64,000 nt of DNA from an uncultured Gemmatimonadaceae bacterium (GCA_963843845.1 CAWJMB010000002.1:2624001-2688000); one strand, 5' to 3'; shown: positions 40,619 through 52,165, counted from the first letter of the stretch. Numbers and translations: made by a program. The notes: generated by a model from the letters alone, not told the origin.

Positions 40619-41370
40619 CACAGCACCTTCGCTTCGTTTTGGAGGAGACGCACGAGCTCCGGCACCGCCGCCGCGCCCTCGCCGACGATGCGGCCGGCCG
40701 CGCGCTCCGCGGGGAGCTCCATCTTCGACACCGTGACGCCGGCCGTGCCTAACGCGGCCGGCCTCGTCTCGATCGGCTTCTTCTTCGCCGCCATGATCCC
40801 CTTCAGCGACGGGAGCCGTTCCTTGTTCAACCCTTCGTCGACCGTGATGACCGCGGGGAGCGAGAACTCGACGACTTCGACGCCGCCCTCGACCGCGCGC
40901 TCGGCGCGCCCGCGTCCGTTCGCGATCTCGAGCTTCGAGACGCCGCTCACGCACGCGACGTCGAGCAGTTCGCCGAGCATCGGCCCGACGGTCTGCGCGT
41001 CGGAGTCGATCGCCTTCTTGCCGAGGAAGATCACGTCGTAGCCGCCCCCCTTCAGCTCCGCGGCGAGCGCGTCGGCGATGGCGAGTCCGTCAGTCGGCAC
41101 CTTGTCCGCCTTCAACAGCACCGCCTTGTCGGCGCCCATCGACAGCGCTTTGCGGATCTGCTCCTGCGCCGCGTCGGTGCCGACCGAGACGACGGTGACC
41201 TCGCCCCCCGGATTCTTCTCGTTGAGCTGCAGGGCGGCTTCCACCGCCCACAGATCGAAGTCGTTCACGTCGTACTTCAGGCCGGTCTCGTCGACGCTCG
41301 CGCCGTCCTTCCCGATCGCGAACTTGACCTCCATCACCGGCACGCGCTTGATGCACACGGCAATCTTCAC
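40618..41370 (-). CDS. etfB: Electron transfer flavoprotein beta subunit
   Basis: MKIAVCIKRVP, ALSMGADKA, GKKAIDSD, LKGIMAAKKK; GGAGG SD. Confidence 0.95.
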   Translation of the reverse strand: MKIAVCIKRVPVMEVKFAIGKDGASVDETGLKYDVNDFDLWAVEAALQLNEKNPGGEVTVVSVGTDAAQEQIRKALSMGADKAVLLKADKVPTDGLAIADALAAELKGGGYDVIFLGKKAIDSDAQTVGPMLGELLDVACVSGVSKLEIANGRGRAERAVEGGVEVVEFSLPAVITVDEGLNKERLPSLKGIMAAKKKPIETRPAALGTAGVTVSKMELPAERAAGRIVGEGAAAVPELVRLLQNEAKVL

Positions 41371-41456
41371 CGCGCAGCCTCCCTGTTAGGCGGAATTCGT
41401 GGATAGCGGGGGAAAGGTCGCCCGCCGCCGAACGGTGTTCAACCCTGCGGGTCGTC

Positions 41457-42689
41457 TTACTTGAAGGCGTTGAGTCCGGTGATCGCCTGTCCGAGCACCA
41501 GCGAGTGCACGTCGTGCGTTCCCTCGTAGGTATAGACGCTCTCGAGGTTCGCCATGTGCCGCATCGAGGCGTATTCCGCGAGAATGCCGTTGCCGCCGAG
41601 GAGCCGCCTCGCCTCGCGGGCGATGTCGGTCGCGATGTGCACGTTGTTCCGCTTCGCGAGCGAGACCATCGTCGGCGTGAACGTGCCGAGATCCTTGCAC
41701 CGCCCGAGGTGCAGCGAGACGAGCTGCCCCTTCGTGATCTCGGTCAGCATCTCGGCGAGCCGCACCTGCTGGATCTGGAAGCCGCCGATCGGCCGGTCGA
41801 ACATGACGCGCGTCTTGGCGTAGCTCGTCGCCTCCTCGAAGCACGCGATCGCGGCGCCTAACGCGCCCCACGAGATGCCGTAGCGCGCCTGCGTGAGGCA
41901 CATGAGCGGCGACTTGAGTCCCCCGAGTCGGGCAGGATGCGCGTCGGCCGGCAGGTGCACGTCCTGGAGCACCAGCTCCGACGTGTCGCGACGCGCGGAG
42001 CGACAGCTTCCCCTTCTGGTCGCGCGCCTGGAATCCCGGCGCGTCGGTCGGCACGACGAAGCCGCGGATCGACTTGCCGCTCGTCGTCGCCGTCCTCGGT
42101 CTTCGCCCACACGATCGCGACCTGCGCCGTCGAGCCGTTCGTGATCCACATCTTCGCGCCGTTCAGGATCCAGCAGCCGTCAGCCTGCCGCCGCGCGCGC
42201 GTGATCATGCCGGCCGGGTTCGAGCCGTAGTCCGGCTCGGTGAGCCCGAAGCAGCCGATGATCTCGCCGGTCGCCATCTTCGGCAGCCAGTGCCGCTTCT
42301 GCTCCTCGCTGCCGAACGCATAGATCGGGTACATCGACGAGCGCGCCCTGCACCGACGCGAACGAGCGGATTCCCGAGTCGCCGCGCTCGAGCTCCTGCA
42401 TGATGAGTCCGTAGGCGACGTTGTTCAGCCCCGCGCAGCCGTACTCCTCCGGCAGGTTCGCGCCGAACACGCCGAGCTCTCCCATCTCCGGGATCAGCTC
42501 CTTCGGGAAGCGCCCGTCGACGTACGCCGTGCCGATGATCGGCAGCACCTTCTCGTCGACGAACCGGCGCACGGAGTCGCGGACGGCGCGCTCCTCCTCG
42601 GTCAGCGCGGCGTCGATGTTGAACAGATCTCCCTCGCGCGGCGTGATCTGCGGCGACGGGAGATAGGACTCGGCGAGGTCGGTGGCCAT
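41457..42689 (-). CDS. Acyl-CoA dehydrogenase, glutaryl-CoA dehydrogenase-like (frameshifted)
   Basis: ELERGDSGIRS, GCFGLTEPDYGS, GAKMWITNG, LGGNGI, VYTYEGT. Confidence 0.9.
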
Positions 42690-42735
42690 GATGAGATTCC
42701 GGTGAGCGGTCGCCCCGCGGGGGTCGCCGGCGGGA

Positions 42736-43560
42736 TCACTCGGAATCTAAGCGCGCCGCACGCAGTCCGATCGCCTGCGACGCCGCGTGCGGCGCCGCTC
42801 CCGCACGGCCGCGGCGCGGCAACACGTGCCGCCGCGCGGACGCGATGATGCCGACCTCGCGCGCCTTGCGCCGGAACGTCGCGCCGTGGTCGATCGCGTG
42901 TCCGGTCTCGTCCTGCCACTGGTGCACCATCTCGTGCAGCAGCGTGTGGAGCGCCTCCTCCCACCCGTGTCGCCGGAGGTGGTCGCGGCCGATCACGATC
43001 TCGGCGACGTCGCCGGTCGGCGAGGCCGCCATGTAATGACCGAGTCGCGTCCGCATGCGGCCGGACAGGCGGATCGGGACCGCCCGCAGGCGGCCCCCGA
43101 AGTGCCGCCGGTTGTACTCCGAATGGAACCGCTCGAGCTGGGCGATCGTCGGCGCGTCGTCGGCGCGCACCCGCTCACGTCGGCGCGTCGGCGCCGTCGG
43201 TCGCACGATCTGGTGCGCGAGGATCGCCGCCCGCGCGCGCTGTCGCTCGGCGCGCGTCCGGCCGCACACGAATCGCACGATCGCCCGCAGCACGACTTCG
43301 GGCGCGTCGACGTACCCCTCGTGCACGCGCAGCTCGCCGCCGCTGAAGCTGACCATCACGGCGCGGTTGCGCGTGAGGCGCACGCGGTCGATGCCGGTGA
43401 GCCCGAGGGCGCGAAGCCGGGCCTCGAACGCCCGGGACTCGGGGCTCGGGAGCCGGTCGTCCCGCACACCCCGCGCCTCCAGCTCCGCGTCCCGGCCGCG
43501 CACGTGACGACCTTCGAGATCGAGCGCCAACTGCTGCACGGACTCGGAGACGCGCCGCAC
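42736..43560 (-). CDS. SprT-like zinc metalloprotease
   Basis: TLLHEMVHQWQ (HExxH) and DHGATF; start approximate. Confidence 0.8.
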   Translation of the reverse strand: MRRVSESVQQLALDLEGRHVRGRDAELEARGVRDDRLPSPESRAFEARLRALGLTGIDRVRLTRNRAVMVSFSGGELRVHEGYVDAPEVVLRAIVRFVCGRTRAERQRARAAILAHQIVRPTAPTRRRERVRADDAPTIAQLERFHSEYNRRHFGGRLRAVPIRLSGRMRTRLGHYMAASPTGDVAEIVIGRDHLRRHGWEEALHTLLHEMVHQWQDETGHAIDHGATFRRKAREVGIIASARRHVLPRRGRAGAAPHAASQAIGLRAARLDSE

Positions 43561-43568
43561 CCAGTCCC

Positions 43569-44390
43569 CTACCGCCCGAAGCACTTGTGCGGCCCCGGCT
43601 CGAAGGCGCCCCGCTCCGACGACCAGACGTGCGTCGTCACGTCGATCGCCGAATCGCTGATCTCGATGACGTTCATCGACGACGGGCGGCCGCCGCGCGA
43701 CCGATTCGACACGGTGCCCGCCGTGGCGACGATCGTGCCCTTCTTCGTGTGGGCGATGTAGTTGACCGCCTCCTGGTGGTCGTGTCCGCAGCAGAACGAG
43801 ATCGACACCGATCTCCGCGAACGCGCCGAGGATACGCGGCGTGTGCTTCAGGCCGTGACGCTGCGACAGCTCCCCTTCACCGGGTTGTGGTGCATGACGA
43901 TGACGCGCGCGTCGCCCGCCGGCGACGCCTCGAACGCCTCGCGCGCCGCCTCGATCTGCCGCTTCCGCAGGTGCCCGATGATCGAGATGTCGCGGACGTT
44001 CCACGTCAGCGTCTGCGCCCGCACTCCCTGCGCGGTGTTGAGCCCGACGAACGTCGCGCCGGGCACGTGCAACACCGGCTCGAGGTCCGCGTCCACGTAC
44101 GTGCGGTAGCTCGCGTACACGGCGGCGTCGTCGCCGAGGCCCAACGGCGCCTTCCACCACATCACGTCGTGGTTTCCCGGCACGACGATCGTCCGGCTCA
44201 CCCGCCTCGCGTCGCGCAGGAACGCCTTGGCGCGCTGGAACTCGCCGGCCCGCGCGCGCTGCGAGAGATCGCCGGAGATCGCGACGACGTCGTAGCGCCG
44301 AGACTGGATCGCCTCCTCGATCGCGTCGATCTGCTCCGGGACGGCGGGGCGCCCGAAGTGCAGATCGGAAACGTGAAGCACCGACGTCAC
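43569..44390 (-). CDS. Calcineurin-like metallophosphoesterase (CpdA-like; frameshifted)
   Basis: [32 protein letters not shown]. Confidence 0.85.
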
Positions 44391-44406
44391 GCGACGACCC
44401 GTCCGC

Positions 44407-45429
44407 TCACAGCCGCGCGATGACCGCGTTCGTGAACTCGTCGGTGCTCGCCGTGCCGCCGAGGTCGCGCGTGAGCGACGTGCCGTTCGCGCGATCTGCG
44501 CCTCGAACGCCGAGCGGATGCGCGTGCGCGACGTCGCTCTTGCCGAGGTGGTCGAGCATCATGCAGGCCGCGAGCATGAGCGCGCCCGGGTTCGCGATCT
44601 TCTTCCCGGCGATGTCCGGGCGCCGTGCCGTGTACCGCCTCGAAGATCGCCGCGTTCGGCCCGATGTTGCCGCCCGGCGCGAGCCCGAGCCCGCCGACGA
44701 GCCCCGAGATCAGATCGGAGAGGATGTCGCCGAACAGATTCGTCGTCACGATGACGTCGAACTGCTCCGGCGCCAGGACGAGCTGCATCGCCATCGCGTC
44801 GACGATCTGCTCTTCGAACTCGACGCGCCCCTCGTACTCTTGCGCGATCATCGCGCCCGACGTCGAGGAAGAGTCCCTGCGAGAACTTCAGGATGTTCGC
44901 CTTGTGCACGAGCGTGACCTTCTTGCGCCCGTGCGCGACCGCGTACTCGAATGCATAGCGCACGATGCGCTCGGAGCCGGAGCGCGTGATGAGCGCGACC
45001 GATTCCGCCGCGGCCTTCGGGTCGTCGCCGATCGGCACGTAGTGCTCGATGCCGATGTAGAGCCCTTCGGTGTTCTCGCGCACGAGCACGATGTCGAGAT
45101 CGTCGTAACCGCGTGGGCTCGCGATGATGGAGCGGGCCGGCCGCACGTTCGCGTAGAGGTCGAACGTCTTGCGCAGCGCGACGTTCATCGAGCGGAATCC
45201 CTGCCCCACGGGGGTCTCGAGCGGCCCCTTGAGCGCGAGGCGCGTCCGCTTGATCGAGTCGAGCGTCTGCTCCGGCATCGGATCGTTCCACCGCGCGACG
45301 CCCGCCATGCCGGCGACCTGCGTGTCCCACGCGATGTCGGCGCCTGCCGCGTCGAGGATGCCGAACCGTGGCGTCGGCGATGCACGGACCGATGCCGTCG
45401 CCGGGAATGAGAGTGACTTGCGTCGCCAT
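44407..45429 (-). CDS. NAD-dependent isocitrate/isopropylmalate dehydrogenase family (frameshifted)
   Basis: [53 protein letters not shown]. Confidence 0.9.
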
Positions 45430-45602
45430 GTCCGTGGGTCGAGATGATCGAAGAGTCGGTCGAGTCGGTTCGAGGGTCGAACGCGCAACCTAACGCGCGG
45501 CCCGCGGGCGGAACCAGCAGGAGGCCCCGCGCCAACGCAACCGGCATGACCTGCGTTGTGTGGAGGCGTTGACACGCTCTGTGCGGCCCTCATTTTCCCG
45601 CC

Positions 45603-47682
45603 ATGCAAACGACCCTCCGCACGCTCGGCTGGATCGCCGTCGCCCTCCTCGGCGCCGGCGCGTTCGGCGCCCTCGCCCTCCAACGCGGCGAGACCGATCA
45701 ACGCCGCCTGGCTCCTCACCGCGGCCGTCTGCACGTACGTCGATGGCGTACCGGTTCTACAGCCGCATCATCGCCGCCAACATCTTCGCGCTCGACGCGA
45801 CGCGCCGCACGCCTGCCGAACGCCTCGCCGACGGGCGCGACTACGTCCCGACCAACCGGTGGGTCGTCTTCGGCCACCACTTCGCCGCGATCGCCGGCCC
45901 GGGCCCGCTCGTCGGGCCGACGCTCGCCGCGCAGTTCGGATTTCTTCCCGGCGCGCTCTGGATCATCGTCGGCGTCGCCCTCGGCGGTGCGGTGCAGGAC
46001 TTCGTGATCCTCTGCGCGTCGCGTGCGCCGCGACGGCAAGACGCTCGGCCAGATGGCGAAGGACGAGATCGGGCCGGTCGCCGGCTTCACCGCGCTGGTC
46101 GCCGTCCTGGGCATCATGATCGTGCTCATCGCCGTGCTCGCGCTCATCGTCGTGAACGCGCTGCGCGAGAGCTCCGTGGGGCGTGGTGACGCATGGGCAT
46201 GACGATCCCGATCGCGCTGCTCATGGGCGTGTACCTGCGCTGGGTGCGCCCGGGGCGCGTGCTCGAGGCGACGGCGATGGGGCTCGTGCTGCTCGTGTTC
46301 GCCCTGTTCGCCGGCAAGTGGGTGTCCGAGAATCCTGGGCTCGCCCCGGTGTTCACGCTGACCGGCACGACGCTCGCGCTGATCATCATGGCGTACGGCT
46401 TCCTCGCGTCCGTGCTGCCGGTGTGGCTGCTGCTCGCGCCGCGCGACTACCTGTCGGCCTTCGTGAAGATCGGCGTCGTCGTCGCGCTCGCGGCGGGCGT
46501 CCTCATCGTGCTTCCGCCGATCCAGATGCCGGCCGTCACGCGCTTCATCGACGGCACCGGTCCGGTGTTCGCCGGCAAGCTGTTTCCGTTCGTGTTCATC
46601 ACGATCGCCTGCGGCGCGATCTCGGGCTTCCACGCGCTCATCTCGAGCGGCACGACGCCGAAGCTGCTCGAGCGCGAGCCGGACGCGCGCTTCATCGGCT
46701 ACGGCGCGATGCTCACCGAGTCGCTCGTCGCGATCCATGGCGCTCATCGCCGCGTGCGTGCTGACCCCCGGCGTCTACTTCGCCATCAACTCGCCCGGCG
46801 GCATCATCGGCACGACGGCCGCCACCGCGGCGCAGACGATCAGCGGGTGGGGCTTCGCCGTGACGCCGCTCGAGCTCGATCAGCTCGCGCAGCAGGTCGG
46901 AGAGACCTCGCTGCTCTCGCGCACCGGCGGCGCGCCGAGCCTCGCGGTCGGCATGGCGCACCTGTTCTAGCCGCGCGTTGGGCGGCGGCGCCGCTGGCGC
47001 TGTGGTACCACTTCGCGATCATGTTCGAGGCGCTGTTCATCCTGACGACGCTCGACGCCGGCACGCGCGTCGGCCGCTTCATGCTGCAGGATCTGCTCGG
47101 CAACCTCTGGAAGCCGCTCGGCCGCGTCTCCTGGTACCCGGCCGTCATTCTCGCGAGCGCGCTCGTTCGGTCTCGGCGTGGGGCTACTTCCTCTACTCAG
47201 GCGTCACCGATCCGCTAGGCGGCATCAATTCGCTCTGGCCGCTCTTCGGCATCTCGAACCAGCTGCTCGCCACGGTCGCGCTCTGCGTCGGCACGACGGT
47301 CATCATCAAGATGGGGAAGGCGCGCTACGCGTTCGTCACCCTGCTCCCGATGGTGTGGCTCGTGATCGTGACGATGTCCGCCGGCCTGCTCAAGATCTTC
47401 TCGTCGAACCCGAAGGTCGGCTTCCTCACCCACGCCCGCGTGTTCAGCGAGGCGATCGCCGCGGGCCAGATCCCCGCCGGCGCGAAGTCGATCGAGGCCG
47501 CGCAACGCATGATCTTCAACGACCGGCTCGACGCGGCCGTCGCCGCGTTCTTCCTGATCGCGGTCGTCGTCATTCTCGCCGACTCGCTGCGCGAGTGGTC
47601 GGCGGTGCTCTCGGGCCGTAAGGCGATTCGCAGCTCGGAGGTGCCCTTCGAGGCGCGCACCGTCCCGGTGGCCGGCGACTAA
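45603..47682 (+). CDS. cstA: Carbon starvation protein A (CstA/BtsT pyruvate/peptide transporter; frameshifted)
   Basis: [69 protein letters not shown]. Confidence 0.93.
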
Positions 47683-47778
47683 CCGTCCCGCCGTCGGTCC
47701 CGAGCGCCGTGAGGGACCGCGCCGTCTCAGCCTTCCGGCCGAGCAGCGCGGTCCCTCACGGCGTTCGGGACGTCGGTG

Positions 47779-48984
47779 TCAGATCGCCAGTTCCACGCGC
47801 CCCTTCCCTCCGTGCTTCGCGGCGTACAGCGCGGCGTCGGCGCGTGCGGCCCACTCCGCCGACGTCTCCTGATCCCGGAGCGCGGCGACGCCGGCGGAGA
47901 TCCCGGCGCGAACCTCGCCAAGGTCGAGCGTGAGCGCTGCGACGTTCGCTGCGAGTCGCGCCGTGATCCGCGCGGCGTCGGCGACCGGCGTGTCGCGCAT
48001 GATGACCGCGAACTCGTCGCCTCCGACGCGCGCGAGCGTGTCCGTTCGTCGCAGGAACGTGCGCGCGAGCTGCCGCGCGACGTGCTTCAGCAGATCGTCC
48101 CCGGCCGCGTGTCCGTACGTGTCGTTCACCGTCTTCAGCCCGTCGACGTCGAGCACGACCAGACACGCCGGCTGACTCCACAGCTCGTGCACGGCGACGG
48201 CGTCCGCGATGGCGGCGTCGAACGCGCGGCGATTGCCGATCCCGGTCAGCGCGTCCGTCGCGCTGTCGCGCCTCGCCGCGTCGAGCGCACTGCCGAGCGA
48301 CATCACCTGCTCGCCGAGCGTCGCGAGCTGCCGCACGCGCCGCTGCTCGCGCGTCGACAGCTGCGCGGAGAGGTCGCTCAGCGCGGCGAGCGCCGCCTCC
48401 CGGATCACATCCGGATCGGCCTCGCGCAGCGCGCGCGCGTGCCGCTCGATAGCGCGTACGGACGCGCGCCCCGCGTCGCCATCCGCCTGCGCCACGCGGT
48501 GCAGGCCGTGCACGAGCGTCCAGATCGTGTCCCGGAGCTCGGCCAGCGTCGACGACACGTGCGCGTGCTCCGCACGCCGATCGCCGACGGCGAATCGGGA
48601 CGCGCCTGGCCAGTCGCGCTGTGCGACGCTGCACCCGCGCGGCACCGCCGACGCGTCTGGTGCCGCATGACCGGCCGCGTCGTCGGCGTCGCGCGGCTCG
48701 AGTGCCGACGGATGCTCGAGGCCAAGCGTCAGATGGCGACGCCACAGCTCCGCGACGCGCCGAGCGTCGCCTGCGCTCCGGGCGCTCGTATCGTGCGCGT
48801 AGGCGCCGGCGAGCTGGACGAGCGATCCGATCGTGTCGACCATGCTCCCCAGCGTCGCGTCGTCGACGCCCATCACGGTCGGTGATGCGTGCGGCTGCTC
48901 GTTCCGCTCGACGCGGAGCGCTGTAGCGGAGCGGTCCTCGGCGTCGTGGCGCGTGAGCCACCGCTTGAACGGGAGAACGGACAT
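47779..48984 (-). CDS. Diguanylate cyclase (C-terminal GGDEF)
   Basis: TDALTGIGNRR, DVDGLKTVNDTYGHAAGD, RRTD I-site, RVGGDEF; intact 401-aa ORF. Confidence 0.9.
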   Translation of the reverse strand: MSVLPFKRWLTRHDAEDRSATALRVERNEQPHASPTVMGVDDATLGSMVDTIGSLVQLAGAYAHDTSARSAGDARRVAELWRRHLTLGLEHPSALEPRDADDAAGHAAPDASAVPRGCSVAQRDWPGASRFAVGDRRAEHAHVSSTLAELRDTIWTLVHGLHRVAQADGDAGRASVRAIERHARALREADPDVIREAALAALSDLSAQLSTREQRRVRQLATLGEQVMSLGSALDAARRDSATDALTGIGNRRAFDAAIADAVAVHELWSQPACLVVLDVDGLKTVNDTYGHAAGDDLLKHVARQLARTFLRRTDTLARVGGDEFAVIMRDTPVADAARITARLAANVAALTLDLGEVRAGISAGVAALRDQETSAEWAARADAALYAAKHGGKGRVELAI

Positions 48985-49125
48985 GGCGTCGCACGGGGTG
49001 AGCGCTCGCGGCCCTCGGCGTGGAGCCGCGTCACCCGACAGACGACCGATGCGTCTCCGGCGAAACCCGCCCGAGCGTGCGAGCGACCGGTTGCGGCGGT
49101 CGCCTCCGCTGTCGATGATTCACGC

Positions 49126-49356
49126 ATGGACCGCGCGATCACACCCTCGACCATCCGACGCGTCGTCTGCGCGACTCGCGACTTGCAACGGCGCGTACAT
49201 ACCGTGCTGCTCGCGATCCTCGGCGCGCCGAACTACGACCGCTACGTCGCCCTCACGGCCGCCCGCACGCCACACGTGGCACCGATGTCACGAGACGAAT
49301 TCGCGCGCGAGCGGCTCGCCGCGCGCTACAACCGCCCTGGCGCGCGCTGCTGCTAG
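49126..49356 (+). CDS. YbdD/YjiX (DUF466) CstA-associated small protein
   Basis: GAPNYDRYV...MSRDEFARER...RYNRPGARCC; lies near cstA. Confidence 0.85.
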   Translation: MDRAITPSTIRRVVCATRDLQRRVHTVLLAILGAPNYDRYVALTAARTPHVAPMSRDEFARERLAARYNRPGARCC

Positions 49357-49808
49357 CGCTTCCCTGAGGATCGCGTCGGAGCGGCCGACTTCGCGACCTT
49401 CTTCGCGGCCGGCTTGGTCGCTGCCTTGACCGCGGACTTCGCGGCGGGCTTCGCCGGCGACTCCGGCGCGTGCGCCTCCTCCGCCGCCGGCGCCATCTCG
49501 GGCGGTGCGACGTCACGCTGCGCCGCGTCAGCTGGAGCCCCACCTGCCGGGGCCACGTCCGCGCCGCGCACCTCGACGGCCTGAGCCGCCGCCGCGCGCT
49601 TGGCATCCTCCAGCACCGCCGCCACGTCGGACTGTAGCTCGGCGGCGTCCGCCGCCTCCGCTTCAGCCGGACTCGGCACCGGTGGCTTCACGGCCGAGCG
49701 GCCGCGCCCTTTCATCGCGCTCTTCGCCATCGCCGCGTCGAATTGCGCCTTCGCCTCGCGCATCGCTGTCGCGTACGCGGGATCGTCGCGGTTAATCCTA
49801 CCACTCAT
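49353..49808 (-). CDS. Hypothetical Ala/Lys/Pro-rich protein
   Basis: 151-aa ORF with GC3-biased codons; C-terminus PAKPAAKSAVKAATKPAAKKVAKSAA. Confidence 0.55.
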   Translation of the reverse strand: MSGRINRDDPAYATAMREAKAQFDAAMAKSAMKGRGRSAVKPPVPSPAEAEAADAAELQSDVAAVLEDAKRAAAAQAVEVRGADVAPAGGAPADAAQRDVAPPEMAPAAEEAHAPESPAKPAAKSAVKAATKPAAKKVAKSAAPTRSSGKR

Positions 49809-49926
49809 GCTACGTCGACTCCGTCGGAAGGTTTTTGCAAGCTAACGCATCCGGGCGCGGACGGCGGCCTAACGCCACGGTCCCGTCACACTTGCGGTGC
49901 GATCGACGTGCGCGCATCTAGCGCCG

Positions 49927-51135
49927 ATGCCCGACACTCACGCCCCGATCGTCGCGAGCCCCGAGCGTGTGCACGCGGCACTCGCGACGACGCGCCGGGC
50001 ACTCCGCGCCCGTGACGAGCTGCTCGTGCAGACGCAGGTCGACATCGCGCGGATCGCGGCGCCGACCGGCGACGAGCAGGAGCGTGGCGACTGGATCGCC
50101 GAGCGTCTGCTGGCGCTCGGACTCGGCGACGTTCGACGCGACGCGGTCGGCAACGTGATCGGCCGACGCGCGGGGTACGACCGGCGGTACGCTGCGGCCC
50201 CCGTCGTTCTCTGCGCGCACCTCGACACCGTGTTTCCGCGCGACGTGCCCCTGAACGTTCGCCGCGTCGGAGCGCGGTGGGTCGGTCCGGGCATCGGTGA
50301 CAACAGCCGCGGCCTGGCCGGACTGCTCGCCATCGCCGAAGCGCTTCGCGAGCTGCGCACGCTGCGCCCCGTGGAGTTCGTCGCGACGGTCGGGGAGGAG
50401 GGGCACGGCGATCTCCGCGGCGCGAAGCACTACTTCAGGGAGAACGCGCGCCCTGCCGCGGTCATCGTCGTCGACAGCCCCGGCGACGACCGCGTCGTAC
50501 ATCGGGCGCTCGGCGTGCGCCGCTTCCACGTCGCGTTCTGCGGTCCCGGGGGGCACAGTTGGACGGCGTTCGGCGTGCCGAACGCGATTCACGCCGCCGC
50601 GCGCTGTGCGGCGCGCCTCGCCGCGCTGGACTTGCCGACCTCGCCACGCGCGGCGCTGACGGTCAGCCGCATCGGCGGCGGGCTCGCGGTGAACGTGATC
50701 CCGAGCGAGGCGTGGCTCGAGGTCGACATCCGCTCGACCGACGCGACGCAGCTCGACGACCTCTCGCGCCACGTACACGCCGCCGCACGGGCCGCCGCCG
50801 CCGAGGAGAACGCGCGGCGCGCGGCGAACGCGCCGCCGTTGACGTTCGTGATCACCGCGACGGGGGACCGCCCGCCTGGCGCCGTCGCAGCCGACGATCC
50901 GCTCGTCCGCGCGGCGATCGCCGCGACGCAGCTCGTCGGGCGGTCGCCCGAGCTCTCCGTCGCCTCGACCGACGCGAACGTGCCGATCGCCCTCGGAATC
51001 CCGACCGTCGCGATCGGCGCCGGCGGCCGCGGCGGCGAGGCGCACACCGTCGACGAGTGGTTCGAGAACGTCGAAGGCACGCGCGGAATCGCGCGTGCCC
51101 TGACGCTCACGGTAGCCGCAGCGGGTCTCGCCTGA
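49927..51135 (+). CDS. M20/M25/M40 family metallohydrolase
   Basis: CAHLDTVF, GIGDN, VGEEG, GPGGHSW, STDAN, AHTVDEW. Confidence 0.88.
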   Translation: MPDTHAPIVASPERVHAALATTRRALRARDELLVQTQVDIARIAAPTGDEQERGDWIAERLLALGLGDVRRDAVGNVIGRRAGYDRRYAAAPVVLCAHLDTVFPRDVPLNVRRVGARWVGPGIGDNSRGLAGLLAIAEALRELRTLRPVEFVATVGEEGHGDLRGAKHYFRENARPAAVIVVDSPGDDRVVHRALGVRRFHVAFCGPGGHSWTAFGVPNAIHAAARCAARLAALDLPTSPRAALTVSRIGGGLAVNVIPSEAWLEVDIRSTDATQLDDLSRHVHAAARAAAAEENARRAANAPPLTFVITATGDRPPGAVAADDPLVRAAIAATQLVGRSPELSVASTDANVPIALGIPTVAIGAGGRGGEAHTVDEWFENVEGTRGIARALTLTVAAAGLA

Positions 51136-51181
51136 CGCGCCGTCACGCCGGCGCGCCGTCAGGCCGGCGCGCCGTCAGGCC
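51136..51181. repeat. Short tandem repeat, ~3 x 16 bp (CGCGCCGTCASGCCGG)
   Basis: Copies at 51136-51151, 51152-51167 and 51168-51181 (partial), between convergent stop codons. Confidence 0.7.
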
Positions 51182-52165
51182 TCGACGCGCACCTCGGAGT
51201 GGTCGCCGATCGTCACGACCCCACGCACGCCGTCGAGCGACACCGCGTCGCCGATCAGCGACGAGCGCAGCTGCACGTTCGTGAGTCGCGCCTTCTCGCC
51301 GATCACCGAGTCGCGCACCTCCGAGCCGTCGATCACCGTACCCGACGAGATCGACACGTTCGGCCCGATCGTCGAGTTCGTGATCGTCACGCCGTCCTCG
51401 ATGTACACGGGCTCGACGATCTGCGCGCTCGCGTCGAGATGCGCCGGACGGCGCGCGCGGCCCTTCGTCGAGCATCACCCGGTTCGTGTCGAGCAGCGTC
51501 TCGTTCTGCCCGGCGTCGTACCACCCGTCCACGTCGACGACGCGAATCTTCGCGCCTTTGTCGATCATGTACTGGAACGCGTCGGTCAGGTAGTACTCAC
51601 CCTTGTTCTTCGGCCGGGAGAGCACATGGTCGATCCCCTCGTACAGCAGTTGCCAGTTGCGGATGTAGTACAGGCCGATGTTCGCGCGCTTCGAGATCGG
51701 TGTCGATGGCTTCTCGACGATCTGCGTCATGTTGCCGTCGGCGTCGCTCACGACGACGCCGAACCGCTGGTAGTCGTCGACTTCCTTGACCCAGATGATC
51801 CCGTCCGCGTCGGTCGACTGCACGATCGAGAGGTCGGCATCGAAGATCGTGTCGACGAAGATGATCAGCACCGGCTGATCGACGTACGGCCGCGCGAGAT
51901 TCACCGCGCCCGCCGTGCCGTCCTGCACCTTCTGCTCGATGAAGACCGCGGGCAGCCCGATGTCGTTCCGCGCGTGCGCCTCGACTTTGTCTTTCAGGTG
52001 GCCGGTGATGTACACGACCTGCTCGACGTCGCCGAGCTTCTTCACGTCGTCCATCACGTAGTCCATCACCGGCTTTCCCGCGATGCGGAGCATCGGCTTC
52101 GGCGTGACGTGCGTGTGCGGGCGGAGCCGAGTGCCTTTGCCGGCGAGCGGGATGATGACTTTCAT
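51175..52165 (-). CDS. Sugar-phosphate nucleotidyltransferase (glucose-1-P thymidylyltransferase long form; frameshifted)
   Basis: IPLAGKGTRLRPHT...PKP, RFGVV, IVEKP, EYYLTDA, WYDAG; C-terminal hexapeptide region. Confidence 0.88.

Noticed and set aside
49126..49356. YbdD/YjiX as a selenoprotein
   Set aside because: It ends TGC-TGC-TAG (Cys-Cys-stop), with no in-frame TGA, so it is the Cys form.
51136..51181. 16-bp repeats as a CRISPR array or REP element
   Set aside because: The copies are directly tandem with no spacers, there are only about 3, and there are no cas genes or further copies noticed.
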